Source of the DNA: Octopus bimaculoides
Taxonomy: Eukaryota
Assembly (NCBI RefSeq): GCF_001194135.2
Contig: NC_068999.1
Span: 53,516,122 to 53,580,121, forward strand
Direction: 5' to 3'
Length of the DNA stretch: 64,000 nt
Shown here piece after piece: positions 38,020 to 52,149 of this stretch. Numbering within the stretch: position 1 is the first letter of the stretch; the number at the start of each line of letters is the position of its first letter. The notes below the pieces were generated by a model. The model ran no database searches. It was not told where the DNA came from and saw only the letters and a list, made by a program, of their open reading frames with translations. A program made the position numbers and the translations under genes.

Positions 38020-38285
38020 GCTGGAGGTGTAATAATGTACAGGAAGGACCAACCAAATGAGCTGAAAGAAAAATTGGCTATAAAGGGGATCAGATGTAGT
38101 ATGCAACAGAGGAGGTTCTTCTGGTATGGGGGGTGGGGTTTGACAGTGGGGTAAAGAAGTGTCACGCAATCCAAAAGGAAGGAACCTGCAAAAGAGGAAG
38201 ACTGAGGAAGACTCAGGAAAAAAAATGTTGAAAGTTGATTTCAAGCTGCTCAACTTCACAAGGAAGATGACTAAGAACCACAATA
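38020..38285 (+). mobile_element. RTE LINE C-terminal fragment, decayed
   Basis: Reads ELKEKLAIKGIRCSMQQRRFFWYG, then KKCHAIQKEGTCKRGRLRKT, which is the RRLRWYGHV...GRGRPRKTW region. Confidence 0.8.
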
Positions 38286-41200
38286 AACTTAGATGCTGGT
38301 AAAACAGATATAAAAAGAATATAGTGTGTTTGTGTATATCTATGTAAGTCTAACTATATCTCTATAGATATGTGTGTAAAATGGGGGGGGGGAAACTGAC
38401 ATTGCAGTGATGGTTGTGTAGTTGAGAGATTTGCTACCCAATCAAGTGATTTTAGGTTTAGTTTCATAGTGACATCTTGGCAAAGTGTCCTCTACTATGG
38501 AGCAAAGTCAACCAAAGCCTTGTGACTGTATTTGGTAAATGGAAACTGAAAGATGCCCCATCATATATGTATATAAATGTGTGTGTGTGTACACAAATAT
38601 GTGAATGTTTGTGCCCCATTGTTTTGACAGCACGGGATAGTGGTAAACAAGCAACACCAGCATCCTTCATAAAGGAAGAAGAAGGGCATCCACCCGCTTC
38701 AGTGAATTCTGCCTGAGCCATGCAAGCATGGAAAAGTGGACGTTAAAACAATGACGACTGGCTTATGGAATCAAACCTCACATCCGCTACAAATCGTATG
38801 GCTATGCTAGCTGCTTCACAAAAACCTACAACTTCAATTGTCTTAATTAGCTACCTTAAACAAAATAGAATTCCTCATGCCAGTCACCTGTCAATAAGTA
38901 ACTCAGTCAACACACCACCAAAATATGGTATTATATATAAGAAGGCAGAAAAAAGTAGTCATCAGCACTTTAACATTCACTTTTCTATGCTGACATGTTT
39001 AAGGCAAATTTTCTAAGGCCTGATTGTCCTTCCTGTTGCCAACTTTCACCCGTTTCCAAGTGAGATATTTTCGTATGGCCAGACACATTTCCACAGATGA
39101 CTAGAAATGAAGGACACCACTTGCAGTACCGTGACACATTCGCTTCCAACTATCATGTGATGACAAGGCAAGGAATGCAACAAGTGGTAGAATGCTGAAT
39201 TGGAGGGAGTACATCCAACCCCTGCAAGGATGGGGAAAAAACAAAAACAAATGTAAACTGATAATGGGAAAATAGAAGTCATTTATGGCTGGGAGGATCT
39301 GAGGGGCAAAATCAAAGGTATTTCAGCTATGGCTATCTTTTATTTATCCAAGGCAGCAGGGAGTGTTATTTGAGGAAGATTTAACTGACATTTCCAGCAG
39401 ATCAACTGGTTATATAAAAGCTTCCTCAGTAAAAATACATAGTGTTAATAAATAATATATATGAGAAGTACCAACAGCCAACTGGACACATCATCTAAAA
39501 CAATCATCACTCACCATTAAACAGTTTGTTGTTTCCTTGACAACAGCTAGTGACAATCATCACTAACTCTACAATTATATTCAAACTGCACCACCACCAT
39601 CTCACTTTCTCTCTCTCAAGTATTGATATGCAACAAGATCGAAGAGGGGAAGATGTGATCACCTGAAATTAAAGGTTCGCTTCTGGCCAGCAGTGCTTCA
39701 TGTAGGTAAATGATATAGGCAATTAACTTCCAGTTCATTTAGCTGTAATTTAGGTGCTACAAAGTAGAAACACCTCGCTTCCCTGCTGCAGGCAGTGCAT
39801 GACAAGTGCTTTGTTAGTTTGCAGTGCTGGGTTCGGTTTCCTGTGTAGCAAGGCTAATTTGCAGAAGACAATCGACATAAAGACAGAATCTTCAGTGCTG
39901 TCACAACACGGACAAGATAGAATGAGTTTGTATGCAACAGCACAACAGTGGTGCTGTTACAGACTGGTGTACGTAGACTTTAACAAAAAGTACACTGGTC
40001 ATACATATATACATACATACATATAATGTGCTAACTACTATCTGATGCATAAAGTGTGTATGGTAGGAGAGTTCTGGCTAAGGAAGAAAGAGGGGAGACC
40101 AATATTTCAAAGTCAGCATAATTAGAGGAACCAAGACCATATTTACTAGCAATAGAAAAGAGAGAACAGACAAATTATGATGTTGGGTGCTGAAAAGTAT
40201 AAGCTTGCCAAAGCAGATAAGTGGCGTTTCCTTTTAGTAACATTTTTGAGAGAATCTCAGTGTTTGAAATAATCAAGTCAGATTAAAATCTGAGGATCCA
40301 TGAGACTTAACAAGAAATTAAATACAGCATTTCTAAGGGGACGCTAAAGGTTTACAATGTCGTAAATTTGATTATTTCAAGTAAATGGTGGTTGTAATTT
40401 TAGTGTTAGTCAATTTGAATGGGGACAAGCTGTCATTGCCTTATAGTATGTTGTGGAGCTCTTGCTCGACCCTGCTCCAGTAGATCTATAAATCAAAGAC
40501 GTTCCTTTTATAAATATAAAGTGTTATTCGATGGAGATTTGACTGCTATTTCTCGTGGGTTCAATGACAGCATAGGGGTTCCCTTGTTGACCAAATTTCA
40601 CCATACTTTGCGGAGGCATTAATGAGTGTCGGTTGGACGAAGCGTGTATGCCGAATACGGGAGAGGCAGCAAGAGGTAAGATCATACGCATAGGTGTGTG
40701 TGTGAAGGCCAACCAGTGTGGAACCCTCTAGTTATCGAAGCATAAGACCAGGGAAAGCTCCATCAAAACATAATTGCGAAGGGTCGACCGAGCAGACAAA
40801 GAAGCTTCTGGTGTAACAATTAATATAGTGTGCGTGCCAAACACTGTCGAATGTTCTGCTTGATGTCAAGGACAATAAACATCAAACTTCTCAAGGGCGG
40901 TCTCTTGTACGCCAGTGGCTGCGCAGAATTATTCATTGCTGGCCACATCAGTACTGACTGTGAAAGCTATTAACAGGTTAGTTTGGCAGAATCAAATAGG
41001 TTGTCTTGAGTGGGAGTGGAGCAAAATCACGTTTCCACATCTCGAGGTAAGTATCAACAGTGAGAGCGAGAGAGACAGAGTGTGTGTGTGTGTGTGTGTG
41101 TGCGTTTGAGAGTGAGAGAGAGAACTGTCACGTTTAAAGCAAGAGAAACTGCTACATCAACCATTCGCAATAATAATAGTAGTAGTAGTAATAGTAGTAG

Positions 41201-41504
41201 TATCAACAGCACCTACATCCATCTTTGGTACAGAAATGTGTTGCATCATATTACTGCTTTAATAAAAACAGCACTAAAAGAGTAGAACGAAAAGCAGGAT
41301 ATTTAAACAAGTTTCATACTAAATATTTTACCAGTTTTTTTTTTTAATACAAGACACAATTTCACAAGAAATATATGTATTCAAATTACGTCCAGTTATA
41401 TACACAGGCAGCATATGAACGGCACTACACGTTTCAGTTAACATCAACACAGTTCCATATAACAATAAGCTACATTACGTTTACGAAAGAGAAAAATGTC
41501 TGAA

Positions 41505-41710
41505 GAGGCATCTACGTGGATGTTCTTCTTGCTAAAAATAACAACCAAATCTCATTCAAATCACACCCTATCGTCTTTAAAAAAGGACACACTAGACAAT
41601 GTAGTCCTAGAGATACTAAGGCATAGAAAACTAGGATAAGATGGCCACAAGTAGAATGCTTTTGGTTGTAAAGTCTGCTAAACTAGAGTCGATTCGGAGC
41701 CAAGCAACAG
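41505..41710 (+). repeat. Unclassified dispersed repeat, family E (representative copy)
   Basis: Motif tacgtgg.tgttc..cttgcta.aaata.ca.ccaaatc...aaatcacaccc...gtctt(a)n.ggacac. Related copies are at about 590, 13150(-), 34680, 39330(-), 42710, 45680, 48290, 50380, 51120 and 53415-53570(-). Confidence 0.7.
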
Positions 41711-44700
41711 TACGTAAAGTAAATTCCAGTCACTTGAAGTAACTATTTACATTAGGAGCAATTGTTTAATTATCTTATCACAAACACTACATTCCATTAG
41801 GACAATTTGAGCAGAATTAGAGCGCTGAAAAATCCGACATTTCGTTACATGCTGGTGGAGTAGGGGCTATTTTCAAGAGAATTCGAACCAGAAAAAAAAA
41901 ATTCGATATCTAACTAGCTGTTGTTTCCTTAGATTCGTCCACTCTCCCACTAATTACTACTACTATATACAGTCTATTATAAACATACACACAAAACTTG
42001 AACAATAAAAAAAAAATGAAGAGAATGTATTTACAAATCAACAAGCAAAAAAACTAGAACACCCTTGAATAATCCAACAGAAAGATAAATATATGTGCGT
42101 GCGTGTTGAAATAATACAAGTCTAGATAGAAAGACAAAATGAGGGCAACACGAAAGAAAGAGATGGAGGGAGGAGCTATTTTTGGTAATTCACTTCAGAC
42201 TGTGTGGTAGATGTAGTTGAAGTAAAAGGCAAATTAATAGTAGTATTAGTAGTAGTAACTAACACCATTAGAAATTTAGTTCCCAGTAGTAGAAGGAAGA
42301 GGAAAAATAGAGGCAGCAGCGAAGGTGGTAGTTTTAGTGACAACAGTAATATCTTTCACAGTAGGTGTGTAGCTCAAGGCACCCCCACTCTCTCTCTTTG
42401 ACCAAGACTACAAAAGCAGCCAACACATCGAAACGTATAACGAGAGAAAAATAAGGAAAACCGGAAAAAAAAAATGGAGCATGGTTGGTATGTTGTGTCG
42501 AGTAATAATAATGTTCGGGGAAAAGGACGATGAGTTTGGTCTAATGATTACAGAAGGTAATCACAACCCTGTAGAAACGACTACTACTACTACTACTACT
42601 GCTGCAGTTAAGACCATGTAAGACAGGAGAAAGAATCGTGTACTTTACGTGTCTGGGAAAGAACCACCCAAACGCCATCGTCTGTTAACAGCCAACAAAG
42701 AAGCTTCTACTGTGGATGCTCGACCTGCTAGAAATAGCAATGATATCTTCCTCAACTACCTTAAACAAAGGACTAATCCGAAAAAAAAAATACAGGAGAG
42801 TCATGGTTGGAATGCCTTTGATCATAGACTAGCTTCAGAGTTGACCCTAGGGTTAAACAATACATTTTCTAATCTTCTAAGATTATAGGTTCTAACCTAC
42901 CACACCCTAGTATGGATAAGACTTCAATTTGCGGAAAATACAATTTCTTCTTTATTATCCGAGGAGACAGGACAACATACCACGAAGTGTAATGAGCTAT
43001 AGGGTGCCGACATCTCACTGTTCTTGTTTTACATCCAAATCTCGCATGTACGAGGGGCGGATCGACAGAACAAACAGGCATAGACACTACCACGTTAGTT
43101 GACTACCTTTATATATACTATGTTATTATATTTTGCTTTACAAATTTTCTCACATTAATTGAAGCGCTAACTACAAAACAATTACCAATTCGTTATTTGG
43201 AATCGATACTCAATCGATGCACGACATAATTAACACATCTCGCACTACTAGGATGACGATCGACCTCTGGTGACCTCCTTGACAAATCCTCGTCAATGTG
43301 ATCGATTTGGAAGGGAGTTTCAAGTTCTCAGCAGGTGGTGGAGAGATTGATGTTTCATGGTAGATTTTTACATATCCACATCTGCCTCTTTCTCTTAGCA
43401 CTCGTGAATCCTTATTTCGCGAGAGCTACTTGCTATTTTAGGCAAATAATCTGAAAGAATGTCACAAGAAATTCCTCACATGTTCATTCGATTACGTATT
43501 TACAAAAAGAAAAAGTCGAATGTGATAAAAAAAAAAAACTACTTGTGCATTTTCTCCGTAACATAAATTATTGTCAAGGTAAATTTAAATATAATTTTCT
43601 AATTAGGAACGGTTTCAATCACAGGCAGGTAAGGCGTTGATGCTGTTCCAATAGGGACAGCTGGGGGGGAAAAGAAAAAAAAACAAGCCATGTCACGCCA
43701 CACCCGGTTCTTATATCACTTGAACAACTACCAAACAGCCTCACAAAAACATTGTCCTCATCAGCTATGTGAGAACTGTTCTGAATATTTACATAGGGAG
43801 CCTCTACACCAGGAGGCATAGGTAATCTGAGAGAAGCGGACAGTAGCAGACATGTCTAATCATCATCCAACCCGCACTACTAAAAAGATTCAAGGTAATT
43901 TTTCGATGGCGTGCTATTTCAGAAAGTCCCGTGGGTTGCGGTTTGTCCATAACTGCTCTACATAGTCACTCAGCCTACTTGAAAGGACAGCCAAATCACC
44001 TTCAAATCATACCCTACCGACCTGAAAAGAGGGACAACGCATTGAATAATGTGCTAGATACCCTATCAAACAAAGGCCTGTATGATCAGAACTGTTCTGG
44101 AGTTAAGAACGAGACAGTGCAACCTTATGGAAATCATTTGAGGGAGAGATGATGGGCAAGCCGATGATACCAGTTAAACCTGTTACCGATATTCCAATTT
44201 CCCCCTCCCCTTTTACAGAAAAGAAAGTGAGACTGCGAAGTTGATGCCTTTCCCATAGCCATCCGTCAACGACATAAACTAGAATTCATTCCAAATAGTA
44301 AACTGGGCCCGAAAACTTTCACGGCAACGATTCCTAAGTTTGTCACAAGGGGCAACAGAGAACGACACTTCAATAGTAATAAGTGCATAAGCATAAACGA
44401 TTAGGTAAAAGTAAAGGCAACAAAACACATAGGTCACTCGGCCAAATTTGAATAGTTGTCCAGTCGATTGCCTCATGGATATTATCAATACATCATTACT
44501 TTATATACTTATTTTACCGAGTGCAAATGGATATGAATACAAAAGGTACTCGGCATCCAAAACACATCAACCAACAAGCGACCGTCGAAATATTTCTTTT
44601 GTTGTTTACATAGATGAGAGGGTAGGCAGTCGTATATTACTGGTATGTTCTGCTTTTACTGATCCTGAAAGGGTGCCATGAGAAATGATTTCTTCAACCG

Positions 44701-44810
44701 GCACCTTCAGTTCGTTATTGCCATGCTGGAGCACAAAGCTCAGATCGAAACCGGGACGTTAAAAGACGATGACAGCGGTCATCTTTCTGTCAGTTGGATA
44801 CCACTTCATA

Positions 44811-44977
44811 CAGGCGCGGTCCCAGGAATTTTTCGAAGGGAAGGCACAAGGTCAGAAGGGAATACAATTCCGGGAGAAAAGGGCGTAGTAACATTATTTA
44901 GAAGGGCACACTTCTTTTCGTGTGAGGGGGGGGGGAGCATGCCCCTCACCCCCACCACAACTCCCGGTCCGCTCCTG
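44811..44977. mobile_element. PIF/Harbinger-like MITE
   Basis: Termini caggcgcggtccc and ggtccgctcctg; 3-bp TWA flanks ata and tta. Confidence 0.6.
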
Positions 44978-47304
44978 TTATATCAATTTGACATTCAGCA
45001 GACACTGAGGTACGTTATGTTCAACCAAGATAGATGAGGACGTTGTTTAGCCATAGGTCAACTCAGATTAAAGACGTTCTAGTCATGACCCTCTTGTCTT
45101 TTAATCAAGCATACATACTATATCTTATACATTATTCAAAATGTCCCCCCTCTCTCTCTCTCTCTCTGACGATAGCATGCGATTTAAAAGAGATTTGGCT
45201 GCTGTGTTTATCAGGTCGAACAATACAACAGCTTCCTTGTTGGCGGAGGTAGTGAAATAAACTAAATTGAGAACCAAAAACACCTTGGATCTGAACCGAG
45301 AGAGATAGAGCGAGACAAAGTTAAATTGTGATAGTAATAATGTAATGTTGGTAGTAGCAGCGATAACAGGGCTGTGATCACACACAACCGTGTGCGCCGC
45401 CGTGGCTGCTGATACGAAGATAGAGAGAAAAGGAAAGAAAAACCAGAGAAAAAAGACTTTTTTCTTTCCCCATTTTGGATTTTTTAAAAAATAAATTATA
45501 CAAGAAAAAGCCAAGCTGCTCGGTCGGTAGGTCGCAGATTTTACTAACAAGTGGCTATTTTACGTGGGTGATAAGAAAGAAGCAAGGCAGCTTTAGGTAC
45601 CAGACTCGGCTATTAAACAATTATTTAACACGGTTTTAGGGTACTTGCTTATCACATTATTTGACACGAAGCAACGAGAACTTCTACCTGTTAGAAATAG
45701 CAGCGAAATCTGTCAAATCATACGCTATATCATCCGAGAGGAGAGAAATGGTTGAAAATGCTTTCTTTGTTATTGAAATAATTAACAGTTGTTTTGTTAT
45801 CAACAAAGCCGAGGACATTTATCGTCAACAACAATAACACACCAGACAATTCATTTTTGTCTTCACTGCTGCTACCAAGGATGGCGCCAACCCAAGAAAT
45901 GTGCCAGTTAGAACACGTTCTCGTTGTTGGCCAGGATTCATATTATATTTCCAGTTTCACACACACATATATATTCAAGGAGGGTCTGTTTTAGCGTGAG
46001 CAAAGCTAACTCGTGCGCTGTGTTATGGTTAAATCATCTGAAGCTACAAAAACTACTTTGTTTAACCACCCAACAAGCCAACCGCCAACACACAACATAC
46101 ACCTAACTACAAAATGGTTTTATTTTCCTAAACATATTCGCAGATCATGGTTGTTATGTTGCTGTCGTCAATCATTCCTAGATAGACAAAAAAAATGTCG
46201 ATCGAAAAACTAGAAAGAAGCGGCGAACGACGTGAAGCTGTAAAATGGTTTCTAGGTTTTAGCAAGTCCTTTTAAGACTCACCTTTCTTCTCTAACCGAG
46301 TCACGAGCATGTTGACCCACGTATGTATAGCGAGTTGAGTGTATAGGTTATGGTATGTTGAAAAAAAAACCCCCCAAAAAAACATCTGCAGCTTAGGTAT
46401 TTATTTAGTCATTGCTATATTTACCGACGAATCCTAATATAATCGGCATGGAAATAGATGCAGCTTAAAAGAAAATTGCAGTACACAGGAGCTTTTTAAT
46501 CCAGAATTTAATGAGATTTCGGTGAGTGAAGTTAGTTAGATGGGGAAATTAACAGCCAGTGCTTCAGACATTACAACAAACCCAACACCTGAAATTAAGT
46601 GTCACCCCCTCACACATCTTTTTATAGCGATTGTTTTGTTGGTTCTACATCACACGCCCGTACACTATTAAAAGCTTGTGTTCAATATAAAGAATATCAA
46701 GCATCTTTTAGCCACATGACATTTGTTAACGTAATACTTGAAATAGCGAGCAAAACAGGTTCCAGCATAACTGTTATACATTATTGCAGTCTGTCTTGAC
46801 ATGATAAAAAACAGCCTCGCAATGAAAGATACATGTGTGTGTTTTAGAGATGGAGAGACGGATATATAAAGTTTGTCTTCGACTTCAGAAAGGGCTCTCT
46901 CTCTTTCTCATTATAACTGGCTTTGGCCATTTTAGGACGATTTCCAGCTAAGTTTAGACGGATCGCTAAAAGAAAGGTACGTACAGAAGACTTTGATGGC
47001 CATTTCAATGAAACAGAGACAGCTATCAAAATAATAAGACGAACAATTGTGTTCGCAATGGAATAAGGATTCACATAAAGATTAATAACAATCTGAACGA
47101 CGAAGGGAAAAAACACCGAAGGAGTGCTAAAAAAACATAAGATGCGAGATACTGATAAATGCCTGGTCCATGTTACTTATGTAGGTGTGTATACTGATGG
47201 TGTTGTTAGTACACAGACATCTAACTGCACTCGATACATGCTTCGAATGAATGGGAAAAGTCGGTTAATATATTAACCCGGCATATGCATACATTATGTG
47301 TATG

Positions 47305-47370
<66 letters not shown>
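47305..47370. repeat. (TA)n microsatellite
   Basis: Read directly from the sequence. Confidence 0.95.
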
Positions 47371-47372
<2 letters not shown>

Positions 47373-47792
47373 TGGTTTATTATACGCGGAATTCGGTCGT
47401 CCAAAGCTCTCTCTTTCCCCTCCCAACCATATGAAACCAACATGTCCACCTGTCCTTCAAAAAGACACACACATACATACACAGAGCTTAGTCTACTTAG
47501 TTGCCTGCTAATTGAATAGATTCTCGTCCCGGAGAGGGAAGGACAGACAAACAGCAAAAATCTATGTACCATTTCGTTCAGACCAAACTAAGACCTCGCA
47601 ACCGCAGCCACATTATCGTAATAGTCGCTCAATAAAGAAACCATCCAATACATATTTTCTCCCCTTCCTTTTGGCGGTGGAGACGAGATTTTCAGATCCT
47701 GCAAATGTTCTCTCTCTTTCCCCGTTTGTCTTGTAGTTATCTATACAGAACCGTATACACTGTAATTATATATACATATACAACGTGCGTTC

Positions 47793-47832
<40 letters not shown>

Positions 47833-50800
47833 GGTAAATTTTTACAGCCTATTAAAGAAATGAAGCAGACATTTACTGTTTTACTGTGGACTAAATTACA
47901 CCACGACTTGTCTATATTTTTTTTTCTTTCATATTCTGACACAACAGGAAAACGAAAGAGGCAGAGTGAGAGTGAGAGAAGAGGAAATAAGATCTCAACG
48001 AACTTTAAGAGTGAGAGAAGAGTGGAATGAGTTTAGCTTGTGGCAAAGGTTGATGGAATAATAATAATAATAATCTACGTTTCGTGTAAATTATGGTGTA
48101 TGAAAAAAATATAGATGTATGTATATGCTGTATATTATGCTGATGATCTAACTGCGATTCTCGGTAATAATCAGCGTGAGAGAGAGAGAGAGAGGACTTT
48201 CGATAAATATCTAGTCGTGTAGGTAGACTATATATTATTACATGCCACGAGCGAACGAGGGAGTCTATAATGTGATCTTTGCGACCAGCTAGGAAAGAAC
48301 AGCGAAAATCTCATTCAAAATCACTCCCAACCATACAACCATAAAATAAAGCAAAAAGACATTGGACAATGTCTGAAATGTTATGGATGGGATGGTCGTG
48401 GCTGGAATACCTTTGATTATGAATGTACTCGATCAGGAGCTAAACAACAAAATTACATTGATATGTACCATTTGTATGCGTGTGCGTGTATTGTTTAGCC
48501 CGAGGTGAGTTGTACTATGACCAAACGCCTTTCAACCACAACCACACCATCTGTTTTTTCTTTTTCTTTTCTACAGATTATAATTTGGGACGACTTTATA
48601 CATAGGTACCCTACATTTTCACCCCAAAAGACGATAAGTGGGTAAAATAAGGGCGATTTTGAGTCTCCATTCCTAGCCCGGTCGGGACGACCGCCTATCT
48701 TCGTCGTTCGGGTCGGTGTGTGTGTGTGTGTGTTATGGTATTGGCATGATTAGTGGTGCAGCTGTTATGTATTTTCTGTGTGCTGATCGGTTTCAGAAAA
48801 AAATAAAATAAAATAATGAAGGTAAAGGACATTCTGAAATGAGGAAGAAATTAACCAACGACAACAAGAGGGAGAGAGCAGAGAAGAGAGAGAGAAAAAA
48901 CACAGAAACAGGTCAGCTAAGTAGCGAATACGACCAACACTGCCATACACACAAACATTTTCTGTGTGTTATAGAAAGCAACGTTGGTGAAATGCAACAC
49001 CAACTAAATTGTGTGTATGTATATACGTGTGTGTGTATATAAGAGAGAGAGAGAGAGAGATGAAAACTAAGGAAACACGAGAAAAGTGATGGGATGTATG
49101 TATATGCGTGTGTGTTATATGTAATAAATATATATGTATACACAGCTGTTTATGGCGAGAATATATATATATAATGTTTAGGATGATTTTTTTTTCTTTT
49201 TTTTACATAGTAGACGCTTATTGTTGTCAAGACCCAGGGTAGCGCTAATAAAGTAGAACAGTGATCAGGTCGTTCCAGCCGTGGCAGACCCCTTAGCTTA
49301 TTCCTCCGTCAGAGTGTATCTTGAACTACCTTATCTAATATATATCATCGTTGTTATTAAAACCAATAAGGTGTGATTTGAGAGAACTGGCTGGGTAATT
49401 CTGGTATGTCGAATATTCAGAGACTGTCTCTCGCTTGCTTATATATATATATATATAATTGTTGTTGCTGTCATAGCAGATGGATAGATCGTTTTGTGCG
49501 TGTGAGTGTGTGCGTGTATTATAAATAAATAAATATATATATATAAAATACAAACATATAGACATCAAACTTTACTTACCTCAACGATCGTTGTTCATCA
49601 GAAAATGGAGATTTCAATATAATATAATATATTGTGTATTTGTATTTATGAAACAGCGTTAATTAAAAGTGAATGTATGAGGTGCTTCTCGTTAGACATA
49701 CATGTATATAAATATATGTATGTATATATATATTATTTCTTCTTTTGTTAATAATCTCGTTGCTTTCCTGTCCGTTCCAGTGCCGTGGCGCCGGTCAATC
49801 AATGTTTATCTGTGACTGGCGTCCTCATGCTCCATGCCAGCACATCCAAGTAACAGGCCTTGCCATTGGTCAACATTCATTTCATACGTAAAAAAAAAAA
49901 TACATAACACAACAACAATAACTACAACTACAAAAAGAATACTTTGTCTCTGTGTGCGCAGCGTCTTTCCATTAGTCGATATTCGTGCGCACAGCTACAA
50001 AGAAGTGTTTTCATTGGTTGATTTATGTTAAGTTGGCCATCGACTGTAAACCACGAGATTATTCGATTGGCTGTTTTACACACCACATGACTCCGGCATA
50101 GTTCCACACCGCCGAACCCTACCACCATCTTTTTCATGTGTTTCCTTCTACCATTTCTTTGGTGTTAATTGTGTATAGATGTTATGTCCGTCTTCCCTTT
50201 TCTGTATATGACTTGGAGATCTTTTGTATTATTATTACTATTATCATTAAATAGACTAAAGAAACATGAACGAGAAGAGATTAGCGAGGAAGACATGCTT
50301 TATATGGTGATTTTCAATGAAAGGACGACGAAACCACAACGGGATGCTTTTTATAATGACATCTAGACGTGCGTGATCTGCAAGAAATAACAGCCTAAAT
50401 CACATACTCTTACGTCTTCATGAAAAAGAGGGAGGACACATACGATAATGTAGTTTTGGATATATTTATTATGTCTGCATAAAATATTGGATGGTCACCA
50501 CTAGAAAGACTTCGATCATAGGGTCTGCTAGACAAAGGCTGACCAGGGGTTAAATTACGACATCATTAATATTTCTAGACAAATTGCATTTTATTTACCA
50601 TTTGAAAATCAACTCAGCACACTCTCAAATATATTGTTTCCGCCACATCCAGTGAAAACAATTTGGGTTTTTGGAATAACTATTTTTTATATCCGGAAAT
50701 TGCTTCCACGTGATCTTTGTTAGTGTATGAATATTATCTATCTATCTATTTATCTACACACATTTAAATACCCATTACATGTATGTATATTGCATTGTGT

Positions 50801-52149
50801 GCGTTTCCTACAGCAGTCCTATTTATAACATGTAATCAATTAAACTGAAACATTTTAGAGAATTAATATTCTATGTTTTCCTATGACTTTTCAAATTATT
50901 CATTCATCATCAGTGTGTTTAAAACTATTTATACCTCCTCTTTATATTATCTATTTCTGAACTACGCCATACTAGCTTTTTCCTCTTTTATTTGACAATT
51001 CTTACGATTTCCATAGCAACTATTTCCTCTGTTTAACGCTGTGCAGATAATCACGCGCTTCTTAATCCATTCACCAACCATATAAAACAAAAATGTCTTT
51101 AAAGCAAAGAGGGGAGCGTCTACGTGGTCGTTCGACTTGGCTAGTTATAGCAACCAGGTTCACCTGAAATCACACCGTAGTCTTGAAAAGGAGAATTACA
51201 TTACATCACATGCTTGGTCCTATATACACAAAAGACAGCATCATCGGGACTGACCTCATGCTAAAACGAAGAAAACAAAGCATGTCCATCACTTAAAATG
51301 ATGTTGGACTTATAATTCATCGGGGATACGACATACATGTTCTGAAAACGTATATTAAGGTGATATAGCTTTCTGTTGAGAGGCATTAAGAATCGATGGA
51401 TGTTTTAAACGAAGTCCACATGAGTTTGAAATTCTCTCTCTTACTTATTCCTATCAGCTCTGAATAAATAAACTTGATATGTACATACATATACATACGT
51501 GCGTGTGTATATGTTTGTAGATGTATGTTATATGGGTATATGCATGAATATCTGTGGGTAAAAATGCGTATATATACATATCTATCTCTCTATATAAATT
51601 AGTTATAAGGATTCAACATCAACACATAAAATGCCAGAAATGGCTAGGTACAAAAAACATACAGTTCACAGAGAGTAAACAACACGTATTGGTAGGATAC
51701 TGCAGATAAGTACCAAATCCAACTTAAACCGTAGATCTAACTCTGGGGTTGATTCCAGGTGTTGCGTAGGTATAAAAAGAAAACACAAATGGCGTTTAAA
51801 ATCCACAACAGCTGTTTCACATCAATAAAATTCTACTAAAACAGGTGTCGTAAATTTTAAACGCTATTTATGTTATCTTCATATGCATATTATATATATA
51901 TATATATATACACACATCTTTGTATACATAAGTACATACTTATACACACATACATAACCATGTATTAAAATTCTTCAAGCGGACGACGAAGCCACTGTGT
52001 CAACCTGCCAGCAACAGCAACTAAATCTTATAAAAACTGCACTTTTTTCACCATCCCATCTCTGTTCAGATACAATAGAGTGTATGAAATGTGTCCATCC
52101 CCTTTTAAGAAGGACGATTTCTACATGTAGGCTGCATTGTCGACTTGAA

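Noticed and set aside
44678-45037. 119-aa + strand ORF
   Set aside because: It runs through a Harbinger-like MITE and a SINE tail remnant, with no recognisable domain.
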